This document shows, piece by piece, positions 10,665 through 20,722 of a stretch of DNA of 64,000 nucleotides. Source of the stretch: Nitrospinales bacterium (lineage in GTDB: Bacteria > Nitrospinota > Nitrospinia > Nitrospinales > VA-1); assembly GCA_965262115.1 (NCBI GenBank), contig OZ253496.1, positions 736,001-800,000 of the forward strand, written 5' to 3'. Position numbers and translations under genes: made by a program. The notes under the pieces are model-generated. The model saw only the letters and a program-made list of their open reading frames with translations. It did no database searches and was not told where the DNA came from. Numbering within the stretch: the first letter of the stretch is position 1; each line of letters begins with the position of its first letter.

Positions 10665-11447
10665 ATGAATTTACTGGAAGTTAAAGATGCGGCATTGTCT
10701 TTCATGAAACCCGCAAAGACAGAAGTTTTAAAGTGGTATCGTGGGCAGTTTTCCGTCGATCTGAAAGAGGATCGGAGTCCTGTTACCATCGCGGACCGCA
10801 AAGCCGAAGAGATTCTGCGTAAAAAAATTTCCCAGCACTTTCCCGAACACGGGATCATCGGCGAGGAGTTCGGCAGCGACAACTCGGATGCCGAATGGGT
10901 CTGGACCATTGACCCGATAGACGGAACCCGATCATTTGTGAGAGGACTACCCCTTTTCGCCTCAATGATCGCCCTCCTGCACAAGGGGGAACCGGTGCTC
11001 GGCATCATCGAACTACCGGCTCTGGGTGAAACCGCCTGGGCCGTAAAAGGAAAAGGCGCATTCGCAAATGGAAAACTTCTCAAGGTTTCTTCGCAACCTC
11101 GTCTGAAAGGAGCTTTTGTCGCAGTCGCCGACCATTATTGTTTTCGCAGTGAAAAATGCACCTTCCTTTACAACCGACTGAACCAGGAAGCCGGGATCGT
11201 GAGAACCTACCCGGATGCCTTTGGCCACTTAATGGCAATACGCGGTGTCGTGGATGTGATGGTCGACCCTCTCGCCAAAATATGGGACTACGCTCCCTGT
11301 AAAATACTGGTTCAGGAAGCCGGGGGCCGATTCGCAAATTTTTCTGGCAACAAAGCCAGCATTGAAGAAGGAACCGCCGTGGTGGGAAATTCTAAAATTG
11401 TCCAGCAGGTCAGAAAAATTTTCGCAGAGAAGCTCCGCAGAAAATAA
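10665..11447 (+). CDS. hisN: Histidinol-phosphatase, inositol monophosphatase family
   Basis: SPVTIADR, IIGEEFG, WTIDPIDGT, IWDYAP. Confidence 0.85.
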   Translation: MNLLEVKDAALSFMKPAKTEVLKWYRGQFSVDLKEDRSPVTIADRKAEEILRKKISQHFPEHGIIGEEFGSDNSDAEWVWTIDPIDGTRSFVRGLPLFASMIALLHKGEPVLGIIELPALGETAWAVKGKGAFANGKLLKVSSQPRLKGAFVAVADHYCFRSEKCTFLYNRLNQEAGIVRTYPDAFGHLMAIRGVVDVMVDPLAKIWDYAPCKILVQEAGGRFANFSGNKASIEEGTAVVGNSKIVQQVRKIFAEKLRRK

Positions 11448-11454
11448 ACCAGAA

Positions 11455-11590
11455 CTTCTAAAGACGAAACAACTTTTTGTTCGCCAACAAGAGCTATTAC
11501 TCACTGGCTCCACACCGCCACTAGCCGTGTACCCCTTGCGGGGCATGAAGGCCAATGAAGGGATATATCACAAGTCCAGCGTCACGCTGG
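11455..11590. repeat. Composite host repeat (modules C, B, A)
   Basis: Module C on the minus strand, TACCCCTTGCGGGGCATGAAG at 11530-11550, palindrome CCAGCGTCACGCTGG at 11576-11590. Confidence 0.7.
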
Positions 11591-11591
11591 G

Positions 11592-11972
11592 CTAAATAGG
11601 CTGGCGTCCAGCAAACCCAGAATCGAGACCATGCCAGAAGCGGATCTCTTTTTCGGGCATTCTCCAGCAAAGATAAACTTCACGACCTTCACGGATAGAG
11701 GGGAAATCCACCAGGCCTTCGCGAATCCCCTTGATCTCACAACCAACCAATTCGATTTCTCGGATCAAATGGTTATATTTCAAAACCACATTCAGGTAAC
11801 CTGTCCCTTCCGCACTTCCGCCATTCCACTTGGCCTTTTCCCGTGCGTTGCGGATATCGGGGAAATCTCGATTCATTGAACCGGATAATTTTTGAATTTC
11901 AGGAACCCAGTCCAGCAGTTGCGGAACAAGGGCATTGGCTTCTTCCAACGTGAAAAGTTTTTTTGAAGTCAT
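11592..11972 (-). CDS. DUF2203 family protein
   Basis: FTLEEANAL, GLVDFPS..GREVYLCW..E..FWH..GFAGRQP. Confidence 0.85.
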   Translation of the reverse strand: MTSKKLFTLEEANALVPQLLDWVPEIQKLSGSMNRDFPDIRNAREKAKWNGGSAEGTGYLNVVLKYNHLIREIELVGCEIKGIREGLVDFPSIREGREVYLCWRMPEKEIRFWHGLDSGFAGRQPI

Positions 11973-12257
11973 GAAAAAGTTTTTGGTTTGATTAGTTAGT
12001 CAGTCGTTGCGTCACTTTTTTCATTATACGAATTTGAAACCATTAATCCAGTTTTCCATTATGATCAAGAATACCCACCACAAACCCCGTATCCCAACAA
12101 AGCAAAACTAAAATCCGATAATTTCAAAGAACAAAAGAACAAAGGGCAGGAGCCTTTAAAAACCTTTGAATTCAATATATTATCAGCGAAAAAATCCCCA
12201 TTTTATAGCTGCCTCAAGAGCAGTTTGATCCTGTTTGCAAGAAGGGTCGGTTTTTTA

Positions 12258-12286
12258 TTGACAAACGGGCCGCAAGGTTATAGATT
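12258..12286 (+). promoter_or_regulatory. Sigma70-type promoter
   Basis: TTGACA-17 bp-TAGATT, followed by a ~165 nt leader with a hairpin at 12301-12335. Confidence 0.65.
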
Positions 12287-12459
12287 CTGACATCTACTAA
12301 GGTTTTGTCCTACTATTAAGAGTAGGATAAAAACCATATTTATGGAATTTTCGGGATTTATTTATCCATTGGTTCTTTTGTAAGGGATCAGTTCATTTTG
12401 ATTGACCGTGTTGTTTAGTTTAAAGGTTTTATTTCCAATCATTAGTTGGGAGGCAAGTA

Positions 12460-12918
12460 ATGAAAAAGGCAATTTTTTTCGTAGCAGTGAGCGCATTTGT
12501 AGGGTTTATGGCAATGGGTTCCATTGCTGTAGCCGATGACGTAGTTCCCGGGGCTTACGGCCAGAGTGATGCCAGCGTTATGGGTGTTGGACAAACCATA
12601 ATGCAAATGGGATCCAGTGCCAGAACTCTGACCAATGCCGTTAACCTGGCTTCTGGAGCCGGTAGGTCAAGAGCTAATTCAAATACGGGAGCTTCCGGTG
12701 GTGACTACCAATTCGGCTCTTCTCAGTACGAGCAAAGCTGGAAAGCCGCTAAAACGGTTGAAGAAGCTGAAGTTCACGGATTGGTTGCAGGCGACTGCCA
12801 GGGCGAAAATTCTTACGATATGTATCGCAGGCAAATGAACCAGAATCGCAATGGTTACATGAAAGAGGTTCTGGTTTCTAACGCTCAATGTGGTGATTAT
12901 CACCCTACTTTACAATAA
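12460..12918 (+). CDS. Secreted hypothetical protein
   Basis: GGAGG RBS, signal peptide MKKAIFF..AVA, two Cys, own promoter and terminator, paralog at 13768. Confidence 0.85.
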   Translation: MKKAIFFVAVSAFVGFMAMGSIAVADDVVPGAYGQSDASVMGVGQTIMQMGSSARTLTNAVNLASGAGRSRANSNTGASGGDYQFGSSQYEQSWKAAKTVEEAEVHGLVAGDCQGENSYDMYRRQMNQNRNGYMKEVLVSNAQCGDYHPTLQ

Positions 12919-12962
12919 TCGCCAAGTCTCAAGATTAGTTAAACCCCCTTTAAGGGATGAAG

Positions 12963-12997
12963 AGCCGGTAAGGCAAATGCCTTACCGGCTTTTTTTT
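12963..12997 (+). terminator. Rho-independent terminator
   Basis: AGCCGGTAAGGCA/TGCCTTACCGGCT stem followed by a T run. Confidence 0.9.
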
Positions 12998-13054
12998 GCA
13001 TTTTAACTGCTGGTTCGACTAGAATTCGGGGTCACTACCATTCCGGCCCCTCCT

Positions 13055-13507
13055 ATGCCCAATAAAAGTAGACCCCTCCCTCTAAAACTAACCCTCATCA
13101 TCATTTGTTTGTTGCCCGCTTTACTCAACATATTCCCGTCCAGCTTATCAGCCTTTGAAAGGGTTTCTCTTAAAACCCACTCCGAGACCGGGATCGTCGT
13201 TTCCAATCCCATGGAAATCGCAAAGCTCCCAGACAGGAAAACCTATCAGGTCAACCACGAGGCATTTACCCTGCAGTTTTTTTTCAACGAAAAGGACATA
13301 TTCGGCATTATCCTTAAACGAGACAAGAAGCTTCCCATCCATTTCCGCTGGTGCTTGTTCAGAACCTGCGAGGAAAGCCAGCATGATTATAAAAAAATGA
13401 TCGCTGAGGCCTTCAACCCTCCTTTCGAGCAAGGCTTCTTCTCAATTCCCTACCCTTTCTATCTGCCTTATGGCTTTCAGGGAATAGAATTCTCCTCCCC
13501 GGACTAA
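13055..13507 (+). CDS. Hypothetical exported protein
   Basis: 150 aa ORF with signal-peptide-like N-terminus. Confidence 0.6.
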   Translation: MPNKSRPLPLKLTLIIICLLPALLNIFPSSLSAFERVSLKTHSETGIVVSNPMEIAKLPDRKTYQVNHEAFTLQFFFNEKDIFGIILKRDKKLPIHFRWCLFRTCEESQHDYKKMIAEAFNPPFEQGFFSIPYPFYLPYGFQGIEFSSPD

Positions 13508-13767
13508 CCAGCAAAACCAAATATTCGGGTTTTAGACTATAGTTCTAGTAATCAACTTCACCAACATCAAAACACTAACTTCCTGCAAGTATTTTCGCCT
13601 TCAAAAGTTATTGCGCTTTTTTAAAAAAGAGACACCAGAAATATAACCAAATATATACAAGACTAATACCTACACAAAAAACAGGATTTACCTGATACCC
13701 TGACAAAAAACAAATCGTTAATATTAGGAAGTTTTTATTCCAATTTCATCCTGTAGGGGAGGAAGTA

Positions 13768-14230
13768 ATGAAGAAAGCAATTTTGTTCGTAGCAGTATGC
13801 GCATTTGTTGGGTTCACAGCATTGAGTGCCAGTGCCGATGACGTGGTTCCTGGTGCTTGCTATCAGGGACAAGTAGATGCCAGAGCGTAATGGGTGTTGG
13901 ACAGACCATGATGCAAATGGGTGCCCATGACAGAATCTTGACCAACGCGGTCAACCTGTCCTCTGGTGCAGGATCCTCCCGGTCCGATACCACTGGTGTG
14001 AACCAGGATCATCAGTTCGGCTCTTCCCAGAGCGAGCAATCCTGGAAGCAATGGAAATCCGTAGAAGATGCGGGTGTTGTTGTTGGCTTGGTACCCGGTG
14101 ACTGCCTTGGTGACAACTCTGATGACAGCTATCGCAAGCAAATGAACCAGAACCGCAATGGTTTCATGGCGGAAAATCTGGTTTCTCAAGCTGGTTGCGA
14201 AGTAGACCATGAACCAGTCCGTCAAGTAAA
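13768..14230 (+). pseudogene. Frameshifted paralog of the 12460..12918 secreted protein
   Basis: MKKAILFVAVCAFVGF..ADDVVPGA, then an extra AG (GATGCCAGAGCGTAA) gives a stop. Homology resumes in another frame (SVMGVGQT..LTNAVNLSSGAG..QFGSSQ..YRKQMNQNRNG). Confidence 0.8.
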
Positions 14231-14261
14231 GAGCAGAAAAGTTTCAAAACTCACCCGAGGT

Positions 14262-14297
14262 AAAAAACCGATAGAACAAGTTCTATCGGTTTTTTTT
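14262..14297 (+). terminator. Rho-independent terminator, possibly bidirectional
   Basis: AAAAAACCGATAGAAC/GTTCTATCGGTTTTTTTT. Confidence 0.85.
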
Positions 14298-14343
14298 ATT
14301 CTTACGCCCGCCCCTCAAAAGAAGGAGAGCTTTGCATAACCCC

Positions 14344-14420
14344 GGATCCTTCGTCGCCTTCGGCTCCTCAAGGATGACAAATCGGCGTTTTTTGTCATTC
14401 TGAACGCAGTGAAGAATCTC
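14344..14420. repeat. Inverted pair of GTCATTCTGA...GAAGAATCT-type palindromic repeats
   Basis: GGATCCTTCG...AGGATGACA and TGTCATTCTGAACGCAGTGAAGAATCTC; same family as 5119-5232. Confidence 0.65.
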
Positions 14421-14534
14421 GTCTTTCTCCTTTTTTGACTTACGCAAAGGTCTCCAAAAGAAGCCAGCTCTCTGCCCAAACAGAATTCTGTTATAATGAT
14501 TCTTCAACGATCATAAACTTTCACGAGGTTCACC

Positions 14535-14945
14535 ATGTCTAGATTCATCGACAATGGAAACGATACCATCACAGATAGCCAAACCGGCCTGACCTGGTTT
14601 AAAAAAGACTCGCGGCAGATGATAGGCAAATGGATTCATCTGGAAAAAGCCATGAAATTTGCCGAAGAAAAAAATGCGGAAAACTTTGGTGGTTTTAACG
14701 ACTGGAGGGTTCCAAAACTGGAAGATATTAAAACTATTTTTAACAAAAGTTTCAACCAGCGGGATTTTGGAAATAATGAAATTCATATCCCCGCAGAGTT
14801 CGATCCCAAAGGCGCGGATTGCACCTGGACCGACACCGTCAATGGTGATCGTGCCATGATGTTCAGCCTGGTCAAAGGCCGTTCCAGTTGGATCAATAAA
14901 TTTGGGGAAGGCCCCTTTGCCGTCCGGCTGGTACGCGGTTCCTGA
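14535..14945 (+). CDS. DUF1566 (Lcl C-terminal) domain protein
   Basis: RFIDNGNDTITDSQTGLTW, GGFNDWRVP, VRLVR. Confidence 0.88.
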   Translation: MSRFIDNGNDTITDSQTGLTWFKKDSRQMIGKWIHLEKAMKFAEEKNAENFGGFNDWRVPKLEDIKTIFNKSFNQRDFGNNEIHIPAEFDPKGADCTWTDTVNGDRAMMFSLVKGRSSWINKFGEGPFAVRLVRGS

Positions 14946-14946
14946 T

Positions 14947-15312
14947 CTATCCTTTAGAACTGGTAAAGGTGCTGGCGAAAAGCCAGACCGCCGTGATTAC
15001 CAAAAGCACGGAAAATATACGTTTGTAATTCTGATCGGAAAGGTGTTGCAACAAGTGTGGCCCGATTTGCGCGCCGATAACGCCGCCTAAAGCCATAACC
15101 AGTCCTGTTTTAATGTCGATATTTCCTAACCTGTAATGCGCTAGAACAGAAGATATCGCCACCATTAAAATAAAAACAAAGGATGTGCCTACCGCCAGTT
15201 TAGCTTCCTGGCCCAGAAAAATCAGCAGAGGAACCACCAGAAACCCCCCGCCCAGTCCGGACCCCGAAGAAAGAATACCTGCGATGATTCCCACCAACGC
15301 CAATGTGATCAA
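14947..15312 (-). CDS. TSUP (TauE/SafE) family half-size membrane protein
   Basis: GLGGGFLVVPLL, AVGTS, GGVIGAQIG; probable TTG start overlapping the upstream stop. Confidence 0.8.
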   Translation of the reverse strand: MITLALVGIIAGILSSGSGLGGGFLVVPLLIFLGQEAKLAVGTSFVFILMVAISSVLAHYRLGNIDIKTGLVMALGGVIGAQIGPHLLQHLSDQNYKRIFSVLLVITAVWLFASTFTSSKG

Positions 15313-16541
15313 GTCTTTCCTCCTCTCTCTACCCACTTTTCTTCCAAAGTGTCTACCACGCCGGCACCAATAGAGTCGCCCCAAACATTAATAGTGGTCC
15401 TGCATCGGTCCAGAAACCAGTCCACCGAAAGAAGCATGCCGATTCCCTCAAGGGGAAGCCCTACAGACTGAAGCACCATCACCATGGTGACCAATCCCGC
15501 TTCCGGAATTCCCGCCGCTCCAATAGCAGCCAGTGTTGCCGTAAGAAATACGATCATCTGCTCTCCCAGTCCAAGTTGAATCCCCAACATTTGTGCTATG
15601 AACAAAGCAGCAACCGATTCATAAAGAGCCGTGCCATCCATATTCACCGTAGCACCCAACGGCAGGATAAAAAGACAGGATTTCCGGGAGACCTTGTTGT
15701 TTTTCTCGGCGCACTCGATGGTGACCGGCAAGGTGGCGGAACTGCTGGCTGTTGAAAAAGCCGCGGTGAGTGCTGCCACCACATTTTCAAAATAAGCGAT
15801 AGGATTCCGCCGGGTTACCATATAGAGAATAATCGGCAAGACCACAAGCCCGTGAATCAAAAGCGCGGAGATAACGGTTATGACATATTTCCCGATTTTT
15901 GCCAACTCTGCCAGAAACAGATCCCCACCTCCAGCAGCGCCCAGTTTGGACGCGATCAACGCGAAAACCCCTAGCGGGGCAAACCACATCAGCAGATGGA
16001 CGATCTTCATAATCGAAGAGTTGACCGTATCAAAAAAATCGATCACCCGTTTGCCCGGTTCTCCCAGCGTGGTTAAAACCCCACCAAACACCAGCGAAAA
16101 TACGATGAGGGGAAGAATTTCCATATTTGCCATGGATTGCACCAGGTTCGGCGAGACAAAAGTTTTAAGAATATCGGTGATACCAACGGCCTCTTTTCCT
16201 GCCACTTTTTCCGGGACATGTTCCACAGTCATCTCAACCGCGACCCCAGGTTCGATAATATTGACCATCACCAATCCGATCACTACGGCAATGCAAGTGG
16301 TCATCATAAAATAGCCCAACGCGATAAGACCGGTTTTTCCTACTTTCCTGATATCCCCCAAGCCCGCAATGCCAACGATCATCGAAGAAATGATTAACGG
16401 TACCACCAGCATTTTCAGGGCATCCAGAAACATCTCGCCAATCCATTCCACCGCCAGCATCGTGGTTCCGTACATCCATCCAGAAAAAATTCCCAGAACG
16501 ATACCGGCAATCATCAGATATAAAAGTCCGTTACGTTTCAT
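15309..16541 (-). CDS. Dicarboxylate/amino acid:cation symporter (SDF/DAACS)
   Basis: FSTASSSATLP, LPLGATVNMDGTALY, DWFLDRCRTTINVWGD; likely start MKRNG at 16541. Confidence 0.93.
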   Translation of the reverse strand: MKRNGLLYLMIAGIVLGIFSGWMYGTTMLAVEWIGEMFLDALKMLVVPLIISSMIVGIAGLGDIRKVGKTGLIALGYFMMTTCIAVVIGLVMVNIIEPGVAVEMTVEHVPEKVAGKEAVGITDILKTFVSPNLVQSMANMEILPLIVFSLVFGGVLTTLGEPGKRVIDFFDTVNSSIMKIVHLLMWFAPLGVFALIASKLGAAGGGDLFLAELAKIGKYVITVISALLIHGLVVLPIILYMVTRRNPIAYFENVVAALTAAFSTASSSATLPVTIECAEKNNKVSRKSCLFILPLGATVNMDGTALYESVAALFIAQMLGIQLGLGEQMIVFLTATLAAIGAAGIPEAGLVTMVMVLQSVGLPLEGIGMLLSVDWFLDRCRTTINVWGDSIGAGVVDTLEEKWVERGGKT

Positions 16542-16671
16542 TTCGAATCCCCTTAAAAAAAATAAAAATTCTGCCAAACCCCGACAAACAGGGCTTATAA
16601 TACCAGCGTGGCAGTGTCTTTGCAATTCATAACCTATAAGCTCCTGAACCCGATCTAAGTGGAGAAAAACC

Positions 16672-17964
16672 ATGGCGGAAACTGTCAAACTCACCTATGA
16701 AGGGAAAACTTATGAGTTCCCGGTTCTGGAGGGAACTTGCGGAGAAAAAGCCATAGATATTTCCACTCTGAGGAGTACTACAGGGCTGATCACTTTTGAT
16801 CCTGGGTTTATAAGTACCGGCTCCTGCCAGAGCCAGATTACCTATCTCGATGGTGAGAAAGGGGTTCTGCTATACAGGGGCTATCCCATCGAACAGCTCG
16901 CCGAGAAAAGTTCTTTTATCGAAACCGCTTGTCTTCTCATATACGGTGATCTCCCAACCCGCGAGCAACTTGACTACTTCCAATACCACCTGGTACACCA
17001 TTCCATGGTTCATGAATCTATTAAGAATCTGTACGATGGATTTCCCAACAACCCACATCCGATGGCAGTGTGCAGCGCGGTCGTTGGTTCCCTGGCAACG
17101 TTTTACCAAAATGAACTGAACGTAAGAAACGAACGGGAGGTGGAAATCGCCATACACAGACTGATGGCAAAACTTCCTACCATTGCGGCGTACAGTTATA
17201 AAAAATCCATTGGTCAGCCCTTTCAATATCCTGATAATACTCTGAGTTATTCCGCAAACTTTCTGAAAATGATGTTTTCCCTTCCTTGCGAACCCTATGA
17301 AATTGATGAAGACGCTGCAAAAGTTCTGGATGTTTTATTGATTCTGCACGCCGATCATGAGCAAAATTGCTCCACCAGCACCATCCGCCTGGTCGGAAGT
17401 TCGATGTGCAACCTATTTGCATCCGTGTCTTCTGCTATTTATGCCTTGTGGGGGCCCCTTCACGGTGGTGCCAACCAGGCCGTTATTGAAATGCTGCAAA
17501 GCATCCATGATGATGGTGGAGATGTCAACAAGCACGTGCAAAAGGCCAAAGACCCCAACGATTCTTTTCGGTTGATGGGGTTCGGGCACCGGGTTTATAA
17601 AAACTTTGACCCTCGTAGTCGAATAATCAAAAAACTGGCCGATAAAATTTTCAGCAAACAGGGAACTAATGAGCCGCTTCTTGAAATTGCATTAAAACTG
17701 GAAGAGATCGCCATCAAGGACGATTACTTTATCGAGAAAAAACTATACCCAAATGTTGATTTTTATTCAGGCTTGATTTATAGAGCCCTGAACATTCCCC
17801 TCAATATGTTTCCGGTGATGTTCGCGATCGGACGCTTACCAGGTTGGATTGCACAATGGAAAGAGCTTCATGAAGACAAACAGTTCAGGATTGGCCGTCC
17901 GCGACAGGTGTATACAGGTTCCGTTGAAAGGGATTATGTTCCCATGGGAAAAAGGGAAGGATAA
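16672..17964 (+). CDS. gltA: Citrate synthase (type II)
   Basis: LHADHEQNCST, GPLHGGAN, RLMGFGHRVYKNFDPR, YPNVDFYSG. Confidence 0.97.
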   Translation: MAETVKLTYEGKTYEFPVLEGTCGEKAIDISTLRSTTGLITFDPGFISTGSCQSQITYLDGEKGVLLYRGYPIEQLAEKSSFIETACLLIYGDLPTREQLDYFQYHLVHHSMVHESIKNLYDGFPNNPHPMAVCSAVVGSLATFYQNELNVRNEREVEIAIHRLMAKLPTIAAYSYKKSIGQPFQYPDNTLSYSANFLKMMFSLPCEPYEIDEDAAKVLDVLLILHADHEQNCSTSTIRLVGSSMCNLFASVSSAIYALWGPLHGGANQAVIEMLQSIHDDGGDVNKHVQKAKDPNDSFRLMGFGHRVYKNFDPRSRIIKKLADKIFSKQGTNEPLLEIALKLEEIAIKDDYFIEKKLYPNVDFYSGLIYRALNIPLNMFPVMFAIGRLPGWIAQWKELHEDKQFRIGRPRQVYTGSVERDYVPMGKREG

Positions 17965-17980
17965 AACAAAGACGCCTTGA

Positions 17981-18301
17981 TCAGGCAGGTTCAATGGTGC
18001 AGGTGAAAGGAAATTCTTCCATCGCAGCTACGGTGTGCACTTGCTCCACTTTAAATTCAGCCTGCTCTAGAGGCAAGGTGGCAACATGACCGGCGCCTTG
18101 AAGATGAATTTCATACATCAATTTTTCTGCGGCCGAATAATCTTTGCTGAATAATTTGACTAGGACCCGAATGACGAATTCCATGGTCGTGACATTATCG
18201 TCCCACATTATGATCTTATATAATGGGAGATAGGCCTGACGGGTTTCCCCTTCAGATTCCTCGGTAACTCCGGGCGACAAAGGTAATGTTTCTACTGGCA
18301 T
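17981..18301 (-). CDS. clpS: Clp protease adaptor ClpS
   Basis: YKIIMWDDNVTTMEFVIRVL, LMYEIHLQG. Confidence 0.9.
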   Translation of the reverse strand: MPVETLPLSPGVTEESEGETRQAYLPLYKIIMWDDNVTTMEFVIRVLVKLFSKDYSAAEKLMYEIHLQGAGHVATLPLEQAEFKVEQVHTVAAMEEFPFTCTIEPA

Positions 18302-18408
18302 AATAATGAAATCGCCCCAAAAGGGCTAGTGGTTTGAAAAACTAGTTATTACAATATTAAAATAATATCTAAAAAAAAACAACTTTTTCATTTTTTCGTC
18401 ATAAATCT

Positions 18409-19293
18409 ATGAGTTTCAAGCGCCTACAGTTTCAGCCTCTTCTGATGGTTTCCATTGTCGGCCTGATATTCCTTTCCCTCACCGTCCACGCCCTGGAAAT
18501 AAAATTAGCAGAACCGACAACGCTGGGCGAATACAATAACTTCCTCCCAACAGGAAAAATAACCCGATTTTCAGGAGAAACCCTGTATTACGATATCAGT
18601 TTCCTGTGGTTTGATAACGCCGACTCGGCAAAAGTGAGCTTTTTTGAGGAGCATGGGAAGTATTTTTCAGTTCTGGAAGCCAGCACCAAAGGCTTCGTCG
18701 GTTTTTTCACGGCGTACCGCAAACACTTTTATAAGACGGAATTCGAAATCATTGATAACGGCAAAAAACTCCGACCCAAAACCTTCCTGCGGAAGGTAAC
18801 GATTGCAAGCAATTCGGAAATCACCCAGCACAAATTCGATTATTCCCGTCGATTGCATACTTGGGATAAACTTGTGAATGAGGAAGTAGTCGAAACCGGG
18901 CAAGGGGAAATTCCTGCTGACGGTGCTTTCAATGACATTCTCACCTCTTTCTACAATGTACGAAACAGAGTTTACGGAAAACTGGAGAAAGGAAAAAAAT
19001 TTATCATCCGAACCATCCCGGAAAAGGGACATGATGAAATTTTCGTTCACATCCGGTCAGAGAAGGATCAGGAACGCTTCAGAGTCGAAGAGGGACGGGG
19101 AAAAAGAGACGAGACACTGCTCAACATTATTGTGCCAAAAGAAATTTTCAAAACCGAAACCGGAGAATTGATGGTCTGGTCCTCCAAACACTATATTCCG
19201 GTTGAAACCACCGTCAAAGATTATATTTTGCTGGGCGACCTGCACATCCGCTTCACCCACAGGGAAATGGGTCAACTAGCTTCAGAGGGGTAA
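18409..19293 (+). CDS. Exported hypothetical protein, possibly DUF3108-like
   Basis: Signal peptide, GETLYYDISFLWF, DILTSFY, IPV near the C-terminus. Confidence 0.65.
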   Translation: MSFKRLQFQPLLMVSIVGLIFLSLTVHALEIKLAEPTTLGEYNNFLPTGKITRFSGETLYYDISFLWFDNADSAKVSFFEEHGKYFSVLEASTKGFVGFFTAYRKHFYKTEFEIIDNGKKLRPKTFLRKVTIASNSEITQHKFDYSRRLHTWDKLVNEEVVETGQGEIPADGAFNDILTSFYNVRNRVYGKLEKGKKFIIRTIPEKGHDEIFVHIRSEKDQERFRVEEGRGKRDETLLNIIVPKEIFKTETGELMVWSSKHYIPVETTVKDYILLGDLHIRFTHREMGQLASEG

Positions 19294-19294
19294 C

Positions 19295-19385
19295 ACGAAA
19301 TACTCGTACCGGGCATGAAGAACAATGAAGAGGCATCACAGCTACGGGAAATTATAACAGCTACTGGCCGCCCCACGCCCAGTGA
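19295..19385 (+). repeat. Degenerate host repeat (modules B and D)
   Basis: CACGAAATACTCGTACCGGGCATGAAG..AATGAAGAGGCATCACAGCTACGG resembles 1650-1715. Confidence 0.7.
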
Positions 19386-19387
19386 TT

Positions 19388-19732
19388 TTAAACATCAAAA
19401 GCCAGAACAGGCGGATCCTGCCAAATATTCACTTCTGTCGCCTCATCCAAAGTGACCGCGCCAAACTGAATCGTGTAAGGTTTCTCATTTTCACAATCAT
19501 ACTCGATGGTAATTTTTTCAATCTCCCACTTTCCGGACCCCGGCCCGACTAGAGTTAAACTGTGGGCAAAACTATTCACCTCAAAGTTCCCCTCAAAAAA
19601 ATTTCCGGACTCTGCCGACCCCACAACATTTTCAAATGGCAGTTTATGATTATTGAAATTGAAATGGACAGGTTCAGACATCCCCTGCTGACCGGTTTGC
19701 ACTTTGACTTTAAACGTGTTGACTTTCGGCAT
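19388..19732 (-). CDS. Hypothetical beta-rich protein
   Basis: 114 aa ORF, 8 bp downstream of the nfuA-like gene. Confidence 0.75.
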   Translation of the reverse strand: MPKVNTFKVKVQTGQQGMSEPVHFNFNNHKLPFENVVGSAESGNFFEGNFEVNSFAHSLTLVGPGSGKWEIEKITIEYDCENEKPYTIQFGAVTLDEATEVNIWQDPPVLAFDV

Positions 19733-19740
19733 GCTTCACC

Positions 19741-20559
19741 TCAGGAAAAAAACGGATTTAAACCCGCTGTGTGGTCGGTTTCATCAAAGATCGCGCCCAC
19801 CTTGGGTACGGCCTTCCTGAACGAAGTATGAATTCCCTGCTTGAGGGTCAAATCGGCGGCACTGCACCCTTGGCACCCGCCCCCCATTTGTATGGTGACC
19901 GAATTTCCTCTAACGGTCATCAGCGTGATGTTACCGCCATGCCCGGCTACTCCCGGGTTCACCTCGTCATCAATCACTTTTTGAATGCCTTCGCGAATTT
20001 CATCCTCTGATGGGAGATCTGCAATGATTTTTTCAGCGATAAGGCCTTCACCCCCCTCTAACGCCCCTCGAATCGCCGCACCAACTTCCTTAGCCAGAGG
20101 AACCCAGTCAACCAAGGTTTTATCTTTGCGGGTGACTGTTACGGTGTATTCACACACCAGCACGGTTTCGACATCTTCCAGGCAAAAAAGGCCTTCTGCA
20201 AGGGGCGACCCCTCAGCACTTTCAAAATCTAAAAAAAACCAGGAGTTCCCGCTCATCAAGGGACGGTTAGCTGTGAAAAGACATTGATCCCCCGTTGGCG
20301 AAGGTTGCGCCTTGATTAAAACTGCATCGGAATTTTCAGGAAAAATACTTTCCGAAATAGCCGGGATCTGGAGAACATTGCGAACATCAGGAAAACTCGG
20401 CGCAGGCTCCGGTTCTGGAACTTCTTCCACCACTGGACTGTTCTCAACTTCTGCAGTCACTGGACTGTTCTCAGCTTCTTCAGCTACTGAACTGTCCACC
20501 GTCACCGGTGTATCGGCTTCCTGTTTTAGTCCCGTAAATAAACGCTTTATAAAGTTCAA
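19741..20559 (-). CDS. nfuA: NifU/NfuA-family Fe-S carrier with N-terminal scaffold domain
   Basis: VNPGVAGHGG, MGGGCQGCS, TLKQGI, DETDHTAGLNPFF; AGGAG RBS and TTG start. Confidence 0.85.
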   Translation of the reverse strand: MNFIKRLFTGLKQEADTPVTVDSSVAEEAENSPVTAEVENSPVVEEVPEPEPAPSFPDVRNVLQIPAISESIFPENSDAVLIKAQPSPTGDQCLFTANRPLMSGNSWFFLDFESAEGSPLAEGLFCLEDVETVLVCEYTVTVTRKDKTLVDWVPLAKEVGAAIRGALEGGEGLIAEKIIADLPSEDEIREGIQKVIDDEVNPGVAGHGGNITLMTVRGNSVTIQMGGGCQGCSAADLTLKQGIHTSFRKAVPKVGAIFDETDHTAGLNPFFS

Positions 20560-20579
20560 TGGATTATCTCCTATCCAAG

Positions 20580-20722
20580 TCGGTTGTCTTTCGGTTGTCT
20601 TTCGGTTGTCTTTCGGTTGTCTTTCGGTTGTCTTTCGGTTGTCTTTCGGTTGTCTTTCGGTTGTCTTTCGGTTGTCTTTCGGTTGTCTTTCGGTTGTCTT
20701 TCGGTTGTCTTTCGGTTGTCTT
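20580..20722. repeat. Perfect tandem repeat (TCGGTTGTCTT) x 13
   Basis: 13 identical 11 bp units counted directly. Confidence 0.97.

Noticed and set aside
20580..20722. Tandem repeat as a CRISPR array or replication iterons
   Set aside because: No spacers and no adjacent cas or rep gene.
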